Assembly (NCBI GenBank): GCA_963799485.1
Contig: CAWCXJ010000008.1
Span: 256,001-320,000 of the forward strand
Reading direction: 5' to 3'
Source of the DNA: an uncultured Trueperaceae bacterium
GTDB taxonomy: Bacteria; Deinococcota; Deinococci; Deinococcales; Trueperaceae
DNA: 64,000 nucleotides
Positions 1-9,983 of this stretch are shown here, in pieces; position 1 is the first letter of the stretch, and every line of letters begins with the position of its first letter. The position numbers and the translations under genes are program-made. The notes below the pieces were generated by a model. The model was not told the DNA's origin. It worked only from the letters and a program-made list of their open reading frames with translations, and made no database searches.

Positions 1-65
1 AAGACGGTGGCCTCGAGCTTCTCTTGCAACTCATCCGGCAAAGTTATGTCGAAAAGTCTTATCAA
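1..65 (-). CDS. Possible 5' part of a gene running off the window edge (LIRLFDITLPDELQEKLEATV), possibly ribbon-helix-helix-like
   Basis: TTG overlaps the folD stop and the frame is open to the edge; only 21 codons are visible. Confidence 0.25.
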   Translation of the reverse strand, partial: MIRLFDITLPDELQEKLEATV

Positions 66-943
66 GCGCCGCCGCCCCCGCGCCGCCGCGTAGCAGCAAT
101 CACCGTATTTTGCATGAGCATCGCTACCGTCATCGGCCCGACGCCGCCCGGAACCGGGGTCAGGTAGCCCGCAACCTCGGCGACTTCAGGTCGTACATCG
201 CCGCGCAGCGCCCAACCGGACTTTTTCGTAAAGTCGGTAACGCGGGTAATGCCAACGTCCAACACGACTGCGCCTGGTTTGACCATCGCCGGGGTGATGA
301 GGCCCACACGCCCAACGGCTGCAACCAGAATGTCGGCTTCGGCGGTCAGCGCCGGGAGCTCCCTGGTCTTCGAGTGTGCCACGGTAACGGTCGCGTCCCG
401 CTGTAAAAAGAGTGCCGCCGCCGGTTTCCCGACAAGCGACGAACGTCCGACGACGACAACCCGCTTGCCTGCTACCGGCAACTTGTAAAAATCCATAATG
501 CGAATCAGCCCCGCCGGAGTACACGGCACCAAGGCCCGTCCACCGTTCCAGAGCCGACCGACGTTGACCGGGTGAAACCCGTCCACGTCTTTCGCCGGGT
601 CGATGACCTCCTGGACGAAGCGAATATCGAGGTGTGGCGGCAGCGGGTCTTGCACCAAAATACCGTCGACTTCGGGATCGTCGTTGAGTGCCCGAACGCG
701 CGCGAGCAGGTCGTTTTGCGCGGTCATTTCACCCATCACCACAACCCGAGACTTGAGGCCGAGCTGCGTCGCGGCGCGGTCTTTACCACGTACATAAGCG
801 ACGCTCGCCGGGTCTTCACCGACGCGCACGACGACGAGTTGCGGCGCAAAGGGGAGCGTCCGGAGCGTCTCTTTAAGTTCAGCGGTGACGCTCGCCGCGA
901 CCGTTTTACCGTCTAAACGCTGAGCTGTTTCGGTTTCAGCCAT
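62..943 (-). CDS. folD: Bifunctional methylenetetrahydrofolate dehydrogenase/cyclohydrolase
   Basis: YVRGK, KDVDGFHPVN, PCTP, VGRSSLVGKP and TPVPGGVGPMTVAML motifs. Confidence 0.97.
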   Translation of the reverse strand: MAETETAQRLDGKTVAASVTAELKETLRTLPFAPQLVVVRVGEDPASVAYVRGKDRAATQLGLKSRVVVMGEMTAQNDLLARVRALNDDPEVDGILVQDPLPPHLDIRFVQEVIDPAKDVDGFHPVNVGRLWNGGRALVPCTPAGLIRIMDFYKLPVAGKRVVVVGRSSLVGKPAAALFLQRDATVTVAHSKTRELPALTAEADILVAAVGRVGLITPAMVKPGAVVLDVGITRVTDFTKKSGWALRGDVRPEVAEVAGYLTPVPGGVGPMTVAMLMQNTVIAATRRRGGGGA

Positions 944-1424
944 GCTCTACCTCGGTAGGCGCTGCGTCAGCTTCGGGCGTAGCTACCCCTTCACGGTGAA
1001 GCTTCGCCAAGACGCCGTTGACAAACCGCCCTGATTCCTCACCGCCGTAGCGTTTGGCAATCCGCACCGCGACCTCGAACGTGACTTCGGGCGGGAGGGC
1101 TTCATAGGTCATTTCCGTTAGAGCCAGCCGCAACACGGCGAGGTCGGTCTGCGACATCTGCGAAAATGTCCAGCCCTCGAGTACCCGCGAGAGCCTGCCG
1201 TCGAGTTCCGCCTGATGTTCGGCAAACGCCTGCACGAGCCGTTCAGCAAACGCCGCACCGTCGGCGTCCAACCCTTCGCCGTAGGCTTCGGCGGCTTCTC
1301 CCGGCGTCTGTTCGGTGAGGTCGTCGTGGATACTCTCCCACGCCTCGAGTAAAGGTTCGCCTCCACGCTCGGCTTGAAAAAGCGCGCGAAACGCCAGTTC
1401 TCTGGCGCGACGCCTAGTTGTCAT
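936..1424 (-). CDS. nusB: Transcription antitermination factor NusB
   Basis: RRRARELA N-terminus, DLAVLRLA, FVNGVL; synteny with folD. Confidence 0.95.
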   Translation of the reverse strand: MTTRRRARELAFRALFQAERGGEPLLEAWESIHDDLTEQTPGEAAEAYGEGLDADGAAFAERLVQAFAEHQAELDGRLSRVLEGWTFSQMSQTDLAVLRLALTEMTYEALPPEVTFEVAVRIAKRYGGEESGRFVNGVLAKLHREGVATPEADAAPTEVEHG

Positions 1425-1439
1425 ATCGACCCGTAACGT

Positions 1440-2777
1440 TCATCCCTGCATCCGTTTGGCGATAAAGGTGGTGTAGACCGCGCCGCGCTGATAAAAGGCG
1501 TTGTCCAAGACGCGGAGGTGAAAGGGAATCGTCGTTTTAATGCCTTCCAATACGGTTTCGGTCAGCGCCCGTTTCATCCGGGCGATGGCTTCTTCACGGG
1601 TCGGAGCCCAGGCGATGATTTTAGCCACCAGCGAGTCGTAGTACGGCGGAATCCGGTAGCCCGAATAGACGTGCGAATCGACGCGGATGCCGGGGCCGCC
1701 GGGCCAGTGGACGTCGGTGACGGTTCCCGCTGAAGGCCGAAAGTCAAAGTCGGGGTCTTCGGCGTTGACGCGCACTTCGATGGCGTGACCCGAAACCTGC
1801 ACGTCGTCTTGCGCGAGCGATAACCCCTGTCCCGCCGCGACAAGGAACTGTTCGCGTACCAAATCGAAGCGTGTAACCATTTCGGTGACGGGATGCTCGA
1901 CCTGAATCCGGGTGTTCATCTCGGAAAAGTAAAACGAACCGTCACGGTCAACTAGAAATTCACACGTCCCGGCACCCCGGTAGTTGATGTGTTTGGCGAG
2001 CCGGACGGCAGCGTCGGCAATCTCGAGCCTCAACCCCATATCCAGGGTACTGGGCGCTTCCTCGAGCAGCTTCTGATACCGACGCTGAATCGAACAGTCG
2101 CGGTCGAAAAAGTGGATGGCATTTCCCTCGCCGTCACCGAACACCTGAATCTCGACGTGGCGCGGCTCTTCTAAAAACTTCTCCATGTACATCTCACCGT
2201 TGCCGAAAGCGGCTTTCGCCTCCTCTTGCGCGTTGGTGAGGTTGCGCTGCAACTCGTCTTCGGCGCGGACAATCCGCATCCCACGCCCGCCGCCACCTGC
2301 CGACGCCTTAAGAATGACCGGATAACCGATCTTTTCCGCAAAGCTTTTCGCCTCGTCAACGGACGCCAGTGCGCCCGACCCCGGGACAATCGGCACGCTG
2401 CTCTCCTGCGCTACGCGCCGTGCGCTCGCCTTGTCGCCGATGGCGCGAATGTTTTTCGGGCGTGGGCCGATGAAGGTGATGCCGTGCTCTTCGCACTTCT
2501 GCGCGAACTCGGGGTTTTCGCTTAAAAAGCCGTAACCCGGATGAATCGCCTCCGCGCCCGTAACAAGCGCCGCCGAGAGCAGGTTGCGCACGTTCAGGTA
2601 CGACCCCGCAGACGCCGCCGGGCCGACACAAATCGACTCGTCGGCGAGCAGCACGGGCAGGGAGTTTTCGTCGGCTTCCGAATACGCTTGTACCGCCGTT
2701 ACGCCGAGTTCGCGGGCGGCGCGCAAGATGCGCAGGGCGATTTCGCCGCGGTTGGCGATAAGAATTTTCTTAAACAT
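1440..2777 (-). CDS. accC: Acetyl-CoA carboxylase biotin carboxylase subunit
   Basis: MFKKILIANRGEIA start, HPGYGFLSEN, GGGGRG, EMNTRIQVEH. Confidence 0.97.
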   Translation of the reverse strand: MFKKILIANRGEIALRILRAARELGVTAVQAYSEADENSLPVLLADESICVGPAASAGSYLNVRNLLSAALVTGAEAIHPGYGFLSENPEFAQKCEEHGITFIGPRPKNIRAIGDKASARRVAQESSVPIVPGSGALASVDEAKSFAEKIGYPVILKASAGGGGRGMRIVRAEDELQRNLTNAQEEAKAAFGNGEMYMEKFLEEPRHVEIQVFGDGEGNAIHFFDRDCSIQRRYQKLLEEAPSTLDMGLRLEIADAAVRLAKHINYRGAGTCEFLVDRDGSFYFSEMNTRIQVEHPVTEMVTRFDLVREQFLVAAGQGLSLAQDDVQVSGHAIEVRVNAEDPDFDFRPSAGTVTDVHWPGGPGIRVDSHVYSGYRIPPYYDSLVAKIIAWAPTREEAIARMKRALTETVLEGIKTTIPFHLRVLDNAFYQRGAVYTTFIAKRMQG

Positions 2778-2789
2778 AAGAACCCAAGT

Positions 2790-2859
2790 AACGAGCAACG
2801 AGCAATGAGCAACGAGATGAAGTACTTGCCTCGTTGCTCACTGCTCCGCACTCATTGCT
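2790..2859. repeat. Heptamer tandem repeats (AACGAGC)n facing an inverted copy, forming a hairpin between accB and accC
   Basis: aacgagc aacgagc aatgagc aacgag (2790-2816) versus ctcgtt gctcact gctccgc actcatt gct (2830-2859). Confidence 0.75.
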
Positions 2860-2864
2860 GCTTT

Positions 2865-3356
<492 letters not shown>

Positions 3357-3360
3357 CTGT

Positions 3361-3918
3361 TTAGGCGCGGCCCAGATAGTCGCCGCTGCGGGTGTCAACC
3401 CGAATCGTTTCGCCCTGGTCGATAAAAAGCGGTACCGCGACGGTTGCGCCGGTCTCCAACACTGCCGGTTTCGAACCGCCTGAAACCGTATCGCCCTTCA
3501 CGCCGGGGTCGGTCTGGGTAATGGTCAGCGCGACGACGTTCGGCAGCGTGACCTTGAGCGCCTTGTCCTGAAAATAATCGACCGTGACCTCCATCGATTC
3601 TTTTAAGAACTTGACCGGCGTCCCGATTTGCTCGGCGGTCAGGGTGGGCTGCTCGAAGGTTTCGGTGTCCATGAAGGTGTACACGTCACCATCAGAATAG
3701 AGGTACTGCATGGTGCGGTAGTCGATAAAGATGTCTTGGAGTTTTTCACCCGAGTTGAAGGTGCGCTCGACAATCGAGCCGGTTTCCATGTTGCGAAACT
3801 TCGTCACGACTTTCGCCCCGCCGCGCCCCATCTTGAGGTGCGAGTACTCTAAGCACTCCCAGAGCCCGCCGTCCATCTCGACTTTGGTGCCGTTACGCAG
3901 TTCGGTTACGCTGATCAT
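3361..3918 (-). CDS. efp: Translation elongation factor P
   Basis: MISVTELRNG start, KMGRGGA loop, PGVKGDT, VPLFI; GGAG RBS. Confidence 0.97.
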   Translation of the reverse strand: MISVTELRNGTKVEMDGGLWECLEYSHLKMGRGGAKVVTKFRNMETGSIVERTFNSGEKLQDIFIDYRTMQYLYSDGDVYTFMDTETFEQPTLTAEQIGTPVKFLKESMEVTVDYFQDKALKVTLPNVVALTITQTDPGVKGDTVSGGSKPAVLETGATVAVPLFIDQGETIRVDTRSGDYLGRA

Positions 3919-4052
3919 CTTTCCTCCATTGGTCGCCACATATTCGGTATATTTCAGGCAAGCGGGCGCAAACCCCGTCGTTGCGCCGACAAAAGCTATT
4001 GCAGCCAGTTTAACACCCGTGTCAATCGGGGTGCCTCAACCGCACGCTACAC

Positions 4053-4964
4053 CTAGTCGAAGCTGATGAACGTTCCGCTTAGACCCGATTCGGCGACGTC
4101 GCCGGAGAGTTCTTCCGGACTGAGGAGCTTCCCGCCGGTTACGGCGACGAAGGCGGCCTCGAGCACATTCGTCGGCACACTTCGGCCCCCCAAGCGCGGC
4201 GTCGTTGTGACCAGGAGCGACGCCCCACGTTGCCGTAAAAGTTCGGCGTCGTTTTGCGTGGTCGTATTCGTCAGGATGATTTTGCCGTCCAGACGCTCCG
4301 GCAAATAGCGGCGGATAAAGTGCCAGTCTCCGGCGACGACGTCGGCCTCGCCGTAAATCCTTTCATAAAACGGGCTCAGCTTTCGGCCCTGCTCTTGTGC
4401 GCTGCCGGTTGGGTAGAGCAGACTGATAGGCAACTTTGTGATAACCGGCAGAAGCACCGCCGCCAGCATCCGCAGCTGACGAACGCCGTAAACGAGTTTG
4501 GGAATACCCAGCGCAAACGCCAGATCGCCGAAGGCGACCTTTGCGCCGGTTTGGGTTAAAGCTTTAGCCATCCCGAAACGGTCTACGGCTGAAACCATCA
4601 GCACTCTTTTGTTCTCGAGGGGTATTCGGTAGTTTAATTTTTCTACTACGACGCGCTCGAGGCTTCTCTTGAGCCCTGCCCCGCACACGACCGGCGTTGC
4701 CTTTGCCTGCGCCGCCAACCGCGCCCCCTGCCGCAGCGTATAACGCCTGTCGCCGACGTAAAAGTAAAGGTCGAGTCCGCCTAACCCAATGGCGTCCACC
4801 GGGCCGTGAACGCCCGTATCAAGCGCACGAATCAGCGCCGCCGCCCGCTTTACGTCAGCGTCTGTCCCAAGCCGCCGCACTTCGACCGCAACGCCTAAAA
4901 GGTTCAGGACTTCCAAAAAATCACGCTTGGAAGACCCCAAGGAGACGCTGACGACGTGTTTCAC
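4053..4964 (-). CDS. Conserved protein (family often annotated quinate 5-dehydrogenase-like), function uncertain
   Basis: VVSVSLGSSKRD, DAIGLGG, TTTPRLGGRS.PTNVLEA; leaderless GTG after TAAACT. Confidence 0.7.
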   Translation of the reverse strand: MKHVVSVSLGSSKRDFLEVLNLLGVAVEVRRLGTDADVKRAAALIRALDTGVHGPVDAIGLGGLDLYFYVGDRRYTLRQGARLAAQAKATPVVCGAGLKRSLERVVVEKLNYRIPLENKRVLMVSAVDRFGMAKALTQTGAKVAFGDLAFALGIPKLVYGVRQLRMLAAVLLPVITKLPISLLYPTGSAQEQGRKLSPFYERIYGEADVVAGDWHFIRRYLPERLDGKIILTNTTTQNDAELLRQRGASLLVTTTPRLGGRSVPTNVLEAAFVAVTGGKLLSPEELSGDVAESGLSGTFISFD

Positions 4965-5081
4965 GTAGTTGAGTTTACCCTAATGTGTAAAAGCGACAAG
5001 CTTGAGATTGGGTACGGCTCGCGGCAGTAGCGCCTACAGCTAACCTGGGTGACGTAATAAGTGAGACGCATAAGTAAAGCC

Positions 5082-5175
5082 CCGCCGGTTTTCAGCGGCA
5101 CCTGACGATCACCCCTTATGGCTGCTTCTTCCGACCTGACCAGGTTCGAGGGTCGCCACCGCGCTGAGCCGACGG
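5082..5175 (-). ncRNA. ffs: Signal recognition particle (4.5S) RNA
   Basis: Minus strand GAACCTGGTCAGGTCGGAAGAAGCAGCCATAAGG matches the domain IV consensus; closing stem ccgtcgg/ccggcgg. Confidence 0.9.
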
Positions 5176-5251
5176 AGCGAGCTCAAGCCTAGCACAACCG
5201 GATAAAAGGCTGCAAACAAGTACGCACATCTTGGAATGGCCCGCCAAGACT

Positions 5252-5278
5252 CTTTTTACGGTAAAAAGCAGCTATGCT
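5252..5278 (+). promoter_or_regulatory. Palindrome CTTTTTAC-G-GTAAAAAG plus -10 TATGCT of a leaderless promoter
   Basis: 8-bp inverted repeat at 5252-5268; TATGCT at 5273-5278, 7 nt before ATG 5286. Confidence 0.5.
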
Positions 5279-5285
5279 GGTGCGT

Positions 5286-5531
5286 ATGAAAAGCGAAACT
5301 TTAAGTCACTATCTGGGGCAGCCCGGTTTGCGCGAGCAGCTCGCGGGTGCTGAGGACGCGGTGGTCGGGATTGGACGCGATCCCGAAGACTCGAGGCAGA
5401 GCTGCATCGTGCTTTACGTGCCGCCGGAGTTTTCGCGCCCGTTACCTGAAACTGTCACATTAGGCGGCGAAACGGTGCGCGTCGTGCGGCGTGAACGCGG
5501 TGGTCCGCTGCGCGCCTACGCCGCCGAGTAA
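5286..5531 (+). CDS. Small protein resembling the N-terminal domain of the downstream protease
   Basis: VVGIG..CIVLYV..LPETVTLGG..VRVV..GPLRA pattern; 21 nt upstream of the protease. Confidence 0.65.
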   Translation: MKSETLSHYLGQPGLREQLAGAEDAVVGIGRDPEDSRQSCIVLYVPPEFSRPLPETVTLGGETVRVVRRERGGPLRAYAAE

Positions 5532-5552
5532 AATGCGTTCCGGGGGCACACT

Positions 5553-6491
5553 ATGACGAAGCTGTCGCACGACTTTGTAGACCTGCTCGCCGGGGTTCAG
5601 CTGCCGCCTGAGGTCAAGGCGGTCGGGGTCACGCGCCATAACGCTCAGGACGCGCTGCTCGTCGTTCTCCGGGAACGCGGGGTGCGGGCGTTCGGCGCTG
5701 AAACCATGCAAGACCTGTTTAGTAGCGTGTCGGGTTTGCCGCTGGTGATGCGCGAAGTTTCCGGCGAGTTGCGCGCCACCGGGCAGTTGCCGGTCGCGCA
5801 AAGTCAGGCGCTGACGCCTGAGCAAGAAGTTCTCGAGCCTGTCGTCCTCGGGGCGCAGGTGCAAAACGGCAGTGCCGACGAGCGTTTGGGCGGCTACGGT
5901 GTCGGGACGCTCGGTGCGTTTGCCCAAAATGCCGAGGGTCAAGCGGTTCTCCTAAGTAATAATCACGTCATCGCTGCTGAAAACGACGCCGAGGTCGGCG
6001 ACCTTGTCTTTCAAGCGCAGCGGGGGCGAGGGCGCGCCCTCGCAAAACTCTCGGCGTGGGTGCCGATTACGCTCGACGCCCCCAACCGTGTTGACATCGC
6101 CAGTGCGGTGATAGACGCCGACGCTGCGTTTGAAAACAGCTTTTTACCCCTCCGAAACCGCCCTGACCCGGTTGGCTTGGCTGCGCCTAGAATCGGGGCC
6201 AAGGTCTTCAAAGTCGGGCGCACGAGCGGCCTCACTTTCGGTTCGGTTACGGCGATTGCCGCGCGTGTTCCAGGTGTCGGCTACGGTATCGGCAGCGCCG
6301 CGTTTGAAAACAGTTTTATTATTGAAGGGCAAGGGGGCGGGACTTTCAGCGCCCCTGGTGACAGCGGCAGCGGCATCTACGATATGCGCGGTCGCTTGGT
6401 TGGGTTCTTGTATGCCGGGGACGGGACGATTACGCTCGCTTGTCCGGCAGGGGAGGCGCTCTCGGCTCTTTCCTCGAGCCTTCAGGTTTAA
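5553..6491 (+). CDS. Trypsin-like (S1, Nal1-like) serine protease without signal peptide
   Basis: GTLG, SNNHV (His), VDIA (Asp), KVGRTSGLT, GDSGS (Ser). Confidence 0.85.
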   Translation: MTKLSHDFVDLLAGVQLPPEVKAVGVTRHNAQDALLVVLRERGVRAFGAETMQDLFSSVSGLPLVMREVSGELRATGQLPVAQSQALTPEQEVLEPVVLGAQVQNGSADERLGGYGVGTLGAFAQNAEGQAVLLSNNHVIAAENDAEVGDLVFQAQRGRGRALAKLSAWVPITLDAPNRVDIASAVIDADAAFENSFLPLRNRPDPVGLAAPRIGAKVFKVGRTSGLTFGSVTAIAARVPGVGYGIGSAAFENSFIIEGQGGGTFSAPGDSGSGIYDMRGRLVGFLYAGDGTITLACPAGEALSALSSSLQV

Positions 6492-6637
6492 CTAGTGGCG
6501 CGTAACGAAACCCCTTATCCGGTAGCGCGCAGGCTCTTTTGCGAAGCTCTCGTCAGGTTTAGCGCCTGTGTTTTAGCTCGCGATACTGCTGCCGAAGGGC
6601 TACAGCCACACGCTAAGTACGGTGCTAGACTCTGTTT

Positions 6638-7786
6638 ATGAACCTGCTCACCAAAGCCGCGTCCGGAGAGCGGTTATCCCCCGAAGAAGCCGTCAAGCTC
6701 TACGACCTGCCGCTTTTCGACCTCGCTGCCGCCGCTCACGCCGTTCGGCAACAGCGCACCGACCCCGAGGTCGTGACTTACCTCATCGACCGCAACATCA
6801 ACTACTCGAACGTCTGTAACGTCGGTTGCGCCTTTTGCGGGTTTTACCGCACGCGCAATCAAGAGGGCGCGTACACGCTTTCGTTCGAAGACATCAGCGA
6901 CAAGATTTGGGAGCTCGAGGCCGTTCACGGCACCCGTATCCTGATGCAGGGCGGCGTCAATCAGTACCTACCTTTTAGCTGGTATCTGGATTTGATGCAG
7001 CACCTCAAAACGCGGCACCCGACGATTCGCGTCGAGGCATTTTCACCTGAAGAGATCAAAGGGATGGCGAAACTGACCGGCATGACAAGCGCCCAAGTTC
7101 TTGAAGAGCTGCAAGCTGCGGGCCTCGACGGACTTCCCGGCGGCGGCGGTGAGATGCTCGTAGACGCGGTGCGGCACGCGCGTCACATCTCACCGGCGCG
7201 TATTTCGTCGGATGACTGGATTCGCATCATGGGTGAAGCGCAAGAGCTGGGCCTTTACACGACCGCGACGATGGTTATCGGTTTCGGTGAGACGCCCGCG
7301 CAGCGCGTTGAGAGTATGCGCCGCGTCCGTGAGCAACAAGATATTGCCGCCGCCACCCACAGCAACGGTTTTTCGGCGTTTATCTCGTGGACGCTGCAGA
7401 CGGAGGGCGTCCGTGTGAGCGGCAAAGTACCCGGCGCAGGCGCACACGAATATCTACAAAACCTGGCGGTCAGCCGGATATTTCTTGACAATATGCCGAA
7501 CTTTCAAGCGTCATGGCCGACGATGGGCCATAAAATCGCGCAAACAGCGCTATTCTTCGGAGCCAACGACTACGGTTCGACGATGTTAGAAGAAAACGTC
7601 GTCTCACAAGCCGGGGCCAAACACCGACGCGTCAACGAACGTGAAATCATCCGGCAGATTACCGAAGCGGGCTTTAGGCCGGTGCAGCGCGGCAGTCTTT
7701 ACGAGACCATCCGGGTTCCCGACGCAGCGGCAATTTTAGCGGACAAACCGCAGATCGATTTTGGGGCGCTCAAGACCGCCTTCTAA
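6638..7786 (+). CDS. mqnC: Cyclic dehypoxanthine futalosine synthase (radical SAM)
   Basis: DRNINYSNVCNVGCAFC, LMQGG, QASW, GANDYGSTMLEENVV. Confidence 0.92.
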   Translation: MNLLTKAASGERLSPEEAVKLYDLPLFDLAAAAHAVRQQRTDPEVVTYLIDRNINYSNVCNVGCAFCGFYRTRNQEGAYTLSFEDISDKIWELEAVHGTRILMQGGVNQYLPFSWYLDLMQHLKTRHPTIRVEAFSPEEIKGMAKLTGMTSAQVLEELQAAGLDGLPGGGGEMLVDAVRHARHISPARISSDDWIRIMGEAQELGLYTTATMVIGFGETPAQRVESMRRVREQQDIAAATHSNGFSAFISWTLQTEGVRVSGKVPGAGAHEYLQNLAVSRIFLDNMPNFQASWPTMGHKIAQTALFFGANDYGSTMLEENVVSQAGAKHRRVNEREIIRQITEAGFRPVQRGSLYETIRVPDAAAILADKPQIDFGALKTAF

Positions 7787-7830
7787 AACCCTGTAATGGA
7801 CTGTTCTATACTGCGGTATGGGTACTCAAC

Positions 7831-8391
7831 ATGGGTGAAGCTGCACTAAAACTTAAACCGCTGTCGGTAGACGCGTATTTACAGCTCGAGGCGAGCAGCA
7901 AAGTTAAACACGAACTGGTAGATGGTCAGCTGTACGCTTTCGCCGGTGCTTCTGACAAACACAACCGCGTCGCAGGTAATATCTACTTCCGCATCCGTCA
8001 GAGCCTAAAAGCGGATTGCCGCGCGTATATAAGTGATATGAAGTTGCGGGTACAAGCTGAATTTGTAGACAAATTTTACTATCCCGACGTGATGGTGACG
8101 TGCAGCGAAAGCGATACGGGCGAGCTTTACAAAACTTCGCCGTCTCTGCTGGTCGAGGTGATGTCCCCGAGCACCGCGGGCGTTGACCGCCGTGAAAAGC
8201 TCATGGCTTACCAGGGTATACCGGAACTGCGCGACTACCTCATCGTCAGTGCGGATGAGCGGTATTTGGAGCGTTACCGCCGCGACGACACCGAGGGCTG
8301 GTGGTATCACGAGTACCGGCGAGACGGCACCGTAAAACTGCCTTATTTGGGGCTCAACCTGACGCTTGACGATATTTACGAAGGATTGTAG
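7831..8391 (+). CDS. Uma2 (DUF820) family putative endonuclease
   Basis: HELVDG, AGASDKH, YPDVMVTC, VEVMSPST, DRREK. Confidence 0.92.
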   Translation: MGEAALKLKPLSVDAYLQLEASSKVKHELVDGQLYAFAGASDKHNRVAGNIYFRIRQSLKADCRAYISDMKLRVQAEFVDKFYYPDVMVTCSESDTGELYKTSPSLLVEVMSPSTAGVDRREKLMAYQGIPELRDYLIVSADERYLERYRRDDTEGWWYHEYRRDGTVKLPYLGLNLTLDDIYEGL

Positions 8392-9063
8392 GTGACAGAC
8401 GGGCTAATTGCACGTGTCACTGAACCATTGCACCGTGACAAAAACGTGTGTGGCGTTTTGCTGACAGGCTCGAGGGCCAGAGGAGACGCCTGTCCTGGTT
8501 CAGATTTAGATTTGCTCGTCTTGGTACACTCTTTAACCGAATCGTCGTTTTGTTCTGAAATGATAGATGATGTGCTTGTCGAGCGACATATTCGGGATAG
8601 GGCAGGAGCAGAAGCACGTTTGCTCGAGAACCCAATGGAACTCTACAGTTATCTAGACGGTCGCGCGGTTTACGATCCTGATGGTTTGCTCGCTGAGCTG
8701 ACGAAAATTGCCAAAGACCGTTTTGAAAGTTACCAAACACCTGCCCGTAAAAAGTCAGCTCTTTACTGGCTCAAAAGCACTTCGCTCAAACTAAGCGCGG
8801 CGATGGCTGCGGGCGACATGCCAAAACTCGGGTACTATACAAGCCTCAACAGCTGGAAAGTTTTAGAAGGGCTGTGGGCGCTCAGTGATAAACCGGTGCC
8901 GCCTGCGGGCGCGGTTTGGGCACATTTGCCGGATTTGCGAGCTGTGCCTGAAGGTTTAGAAGTGTCTCTCCGAGAGCTTTTTGAAGGTGCGCCTTCGGGA
9001 AGGGCGCAGGTGATGCTCGAGCTTATAGACTGGCTACTCGAGCGCGAAAAGAGGAAACCGTGA
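8392..9063 (+). CDS. Nucleotidyltransferase domain protein with helical C-terminal domain
   Basis: GSRARGD...SDLDL Pol-beta-type motif. Confidence 0.85.
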   Translation: MTDGLIARVTEPLHRDKNVCGVLLTGSRARGDACPGSDLDLLVLVHSLTESSFCSEMIDDVLVERHIRDRAGAEARLLENPMELYSYLDGRAVYDPDGLLAELTKIAKDRFESYQTPARKKSALYWLKSTSLKLSAAMAAGDMPKLGYYTSLNSWKVLEGLWALSDKPVPPAGAVWAHLPDLRAVPEGLEVSLRELFEGAPSGRAQVMLELIDWLLEREKRKP

Positions 9064-9546
9064 AATACAAGCAGCTGGGTCAAAGTAACGTGCAGGTCAG
9101 CGAAATCGGCTACGGCTGCATGTCTCTGGGTCAAGACCATACCGGAAACATCAAGCTTTTGCACCGAGCACTCGAGCTGGGCGTCACCTTTTTCGACACC
9201 GCCGACCTTTACGACAGGGGTTTTAACGAGGAGAGCGTCGGAAGAGCGTTTACGGGAATGCGTGAGCAGGTCGTCATCGCCAGCAAGGTGGGCAACCGCT
9301 GGCGAGAAGACGGTACAAGCTGGGATTGGGACGCGTCGCCGGCGTATATCCGGCAGGCTATCGAAGCGAGCTTGAAACGGTTGCAAACCGATTATCTTGA
9401 TTTGTACCAGCTTCACGGCGGCACTTTGGACGACATTGACAGTGTGATTGAAACGTTTGAAGGTCTGAAGGCGCAGGGGCTGATTCGCGCTTACGGGATT
9501 TCGTCGATTCGGCCCAACGTCATCCGGGAGTGGGTTAAAAAGTCGT
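9060..9546 (+). pseudogene. 3'-truncated aldo/keto reductase
   Basis: LGQS..VSEIGYG, FFDTADLY, SLKRLQTDYLDLYQLH. Homology ends at IRPNVIREWVKKS, about half length, then the frame runs into AT-rich unrelated sequence. Confidence 0.85.
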
Positions 9547-9679
9547 TTACCAAAACCTATACGGCGGTGAAAATGTCTGTTACGGTCTATTGTGATAGGA
9601 GTTCTTTGGTTCGCATAAACCTGAGCTTCTCTCTTTCTCTTCCCAGCTGTCAACTAGCATCCTTTGTAGTAATTTCTTT

Positions 9680-9983
9680 TAAGTACCCTAACAGAAATAG
9701 CTTAAACTGAGAAAATGGCGAAGGTCAAAACGATTGTACTGAGCGAAGTTCAACTTGGACAAAACGGCACCTCCTGGACCTGTTCGCAATCTTATCGAAA
9801 GTCTCTGGCGCAAGCTCAAGTATCAATGGCTAAGACCTCAAGCTTACCTTTGCGAAGACAACCTCTTTTACGCCGTTACGCAAATCCTCGCTGCTGTAGG
9901 CCGTGACCTCATTGTAGGCCGTGACCTCATTCTCAACTTCGCAAGTTTCAATGCCGGTTCAAACTAGTCGTGGTGGGTACTTA
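9680..9983 (+). mobile_element. Internally deleted IS630-family element (about 304 bp)
   Basis: Perfect 9-bp terminal IR TAAGTACCC/GGGTACTTA with TA ends; IS630-like C-terminus NLIESLWRKLKYQWL; 18-bp internal tandem duplication. Confidence 0.8.

Noticed and set aside
7831..9063. Uma2 plus nucleotidyltransferase as a defence or TA pair
   Set aside because: Both families are abundant stand-alone genes in this lineage; no HEPN partner or other supporting signal
9546..9710. C-terminal part of the 216-aa ORF 9060-9710
   Set aside because: Read-through into unrelated AT-rich DNA after the AKR truncation; not a novel domain
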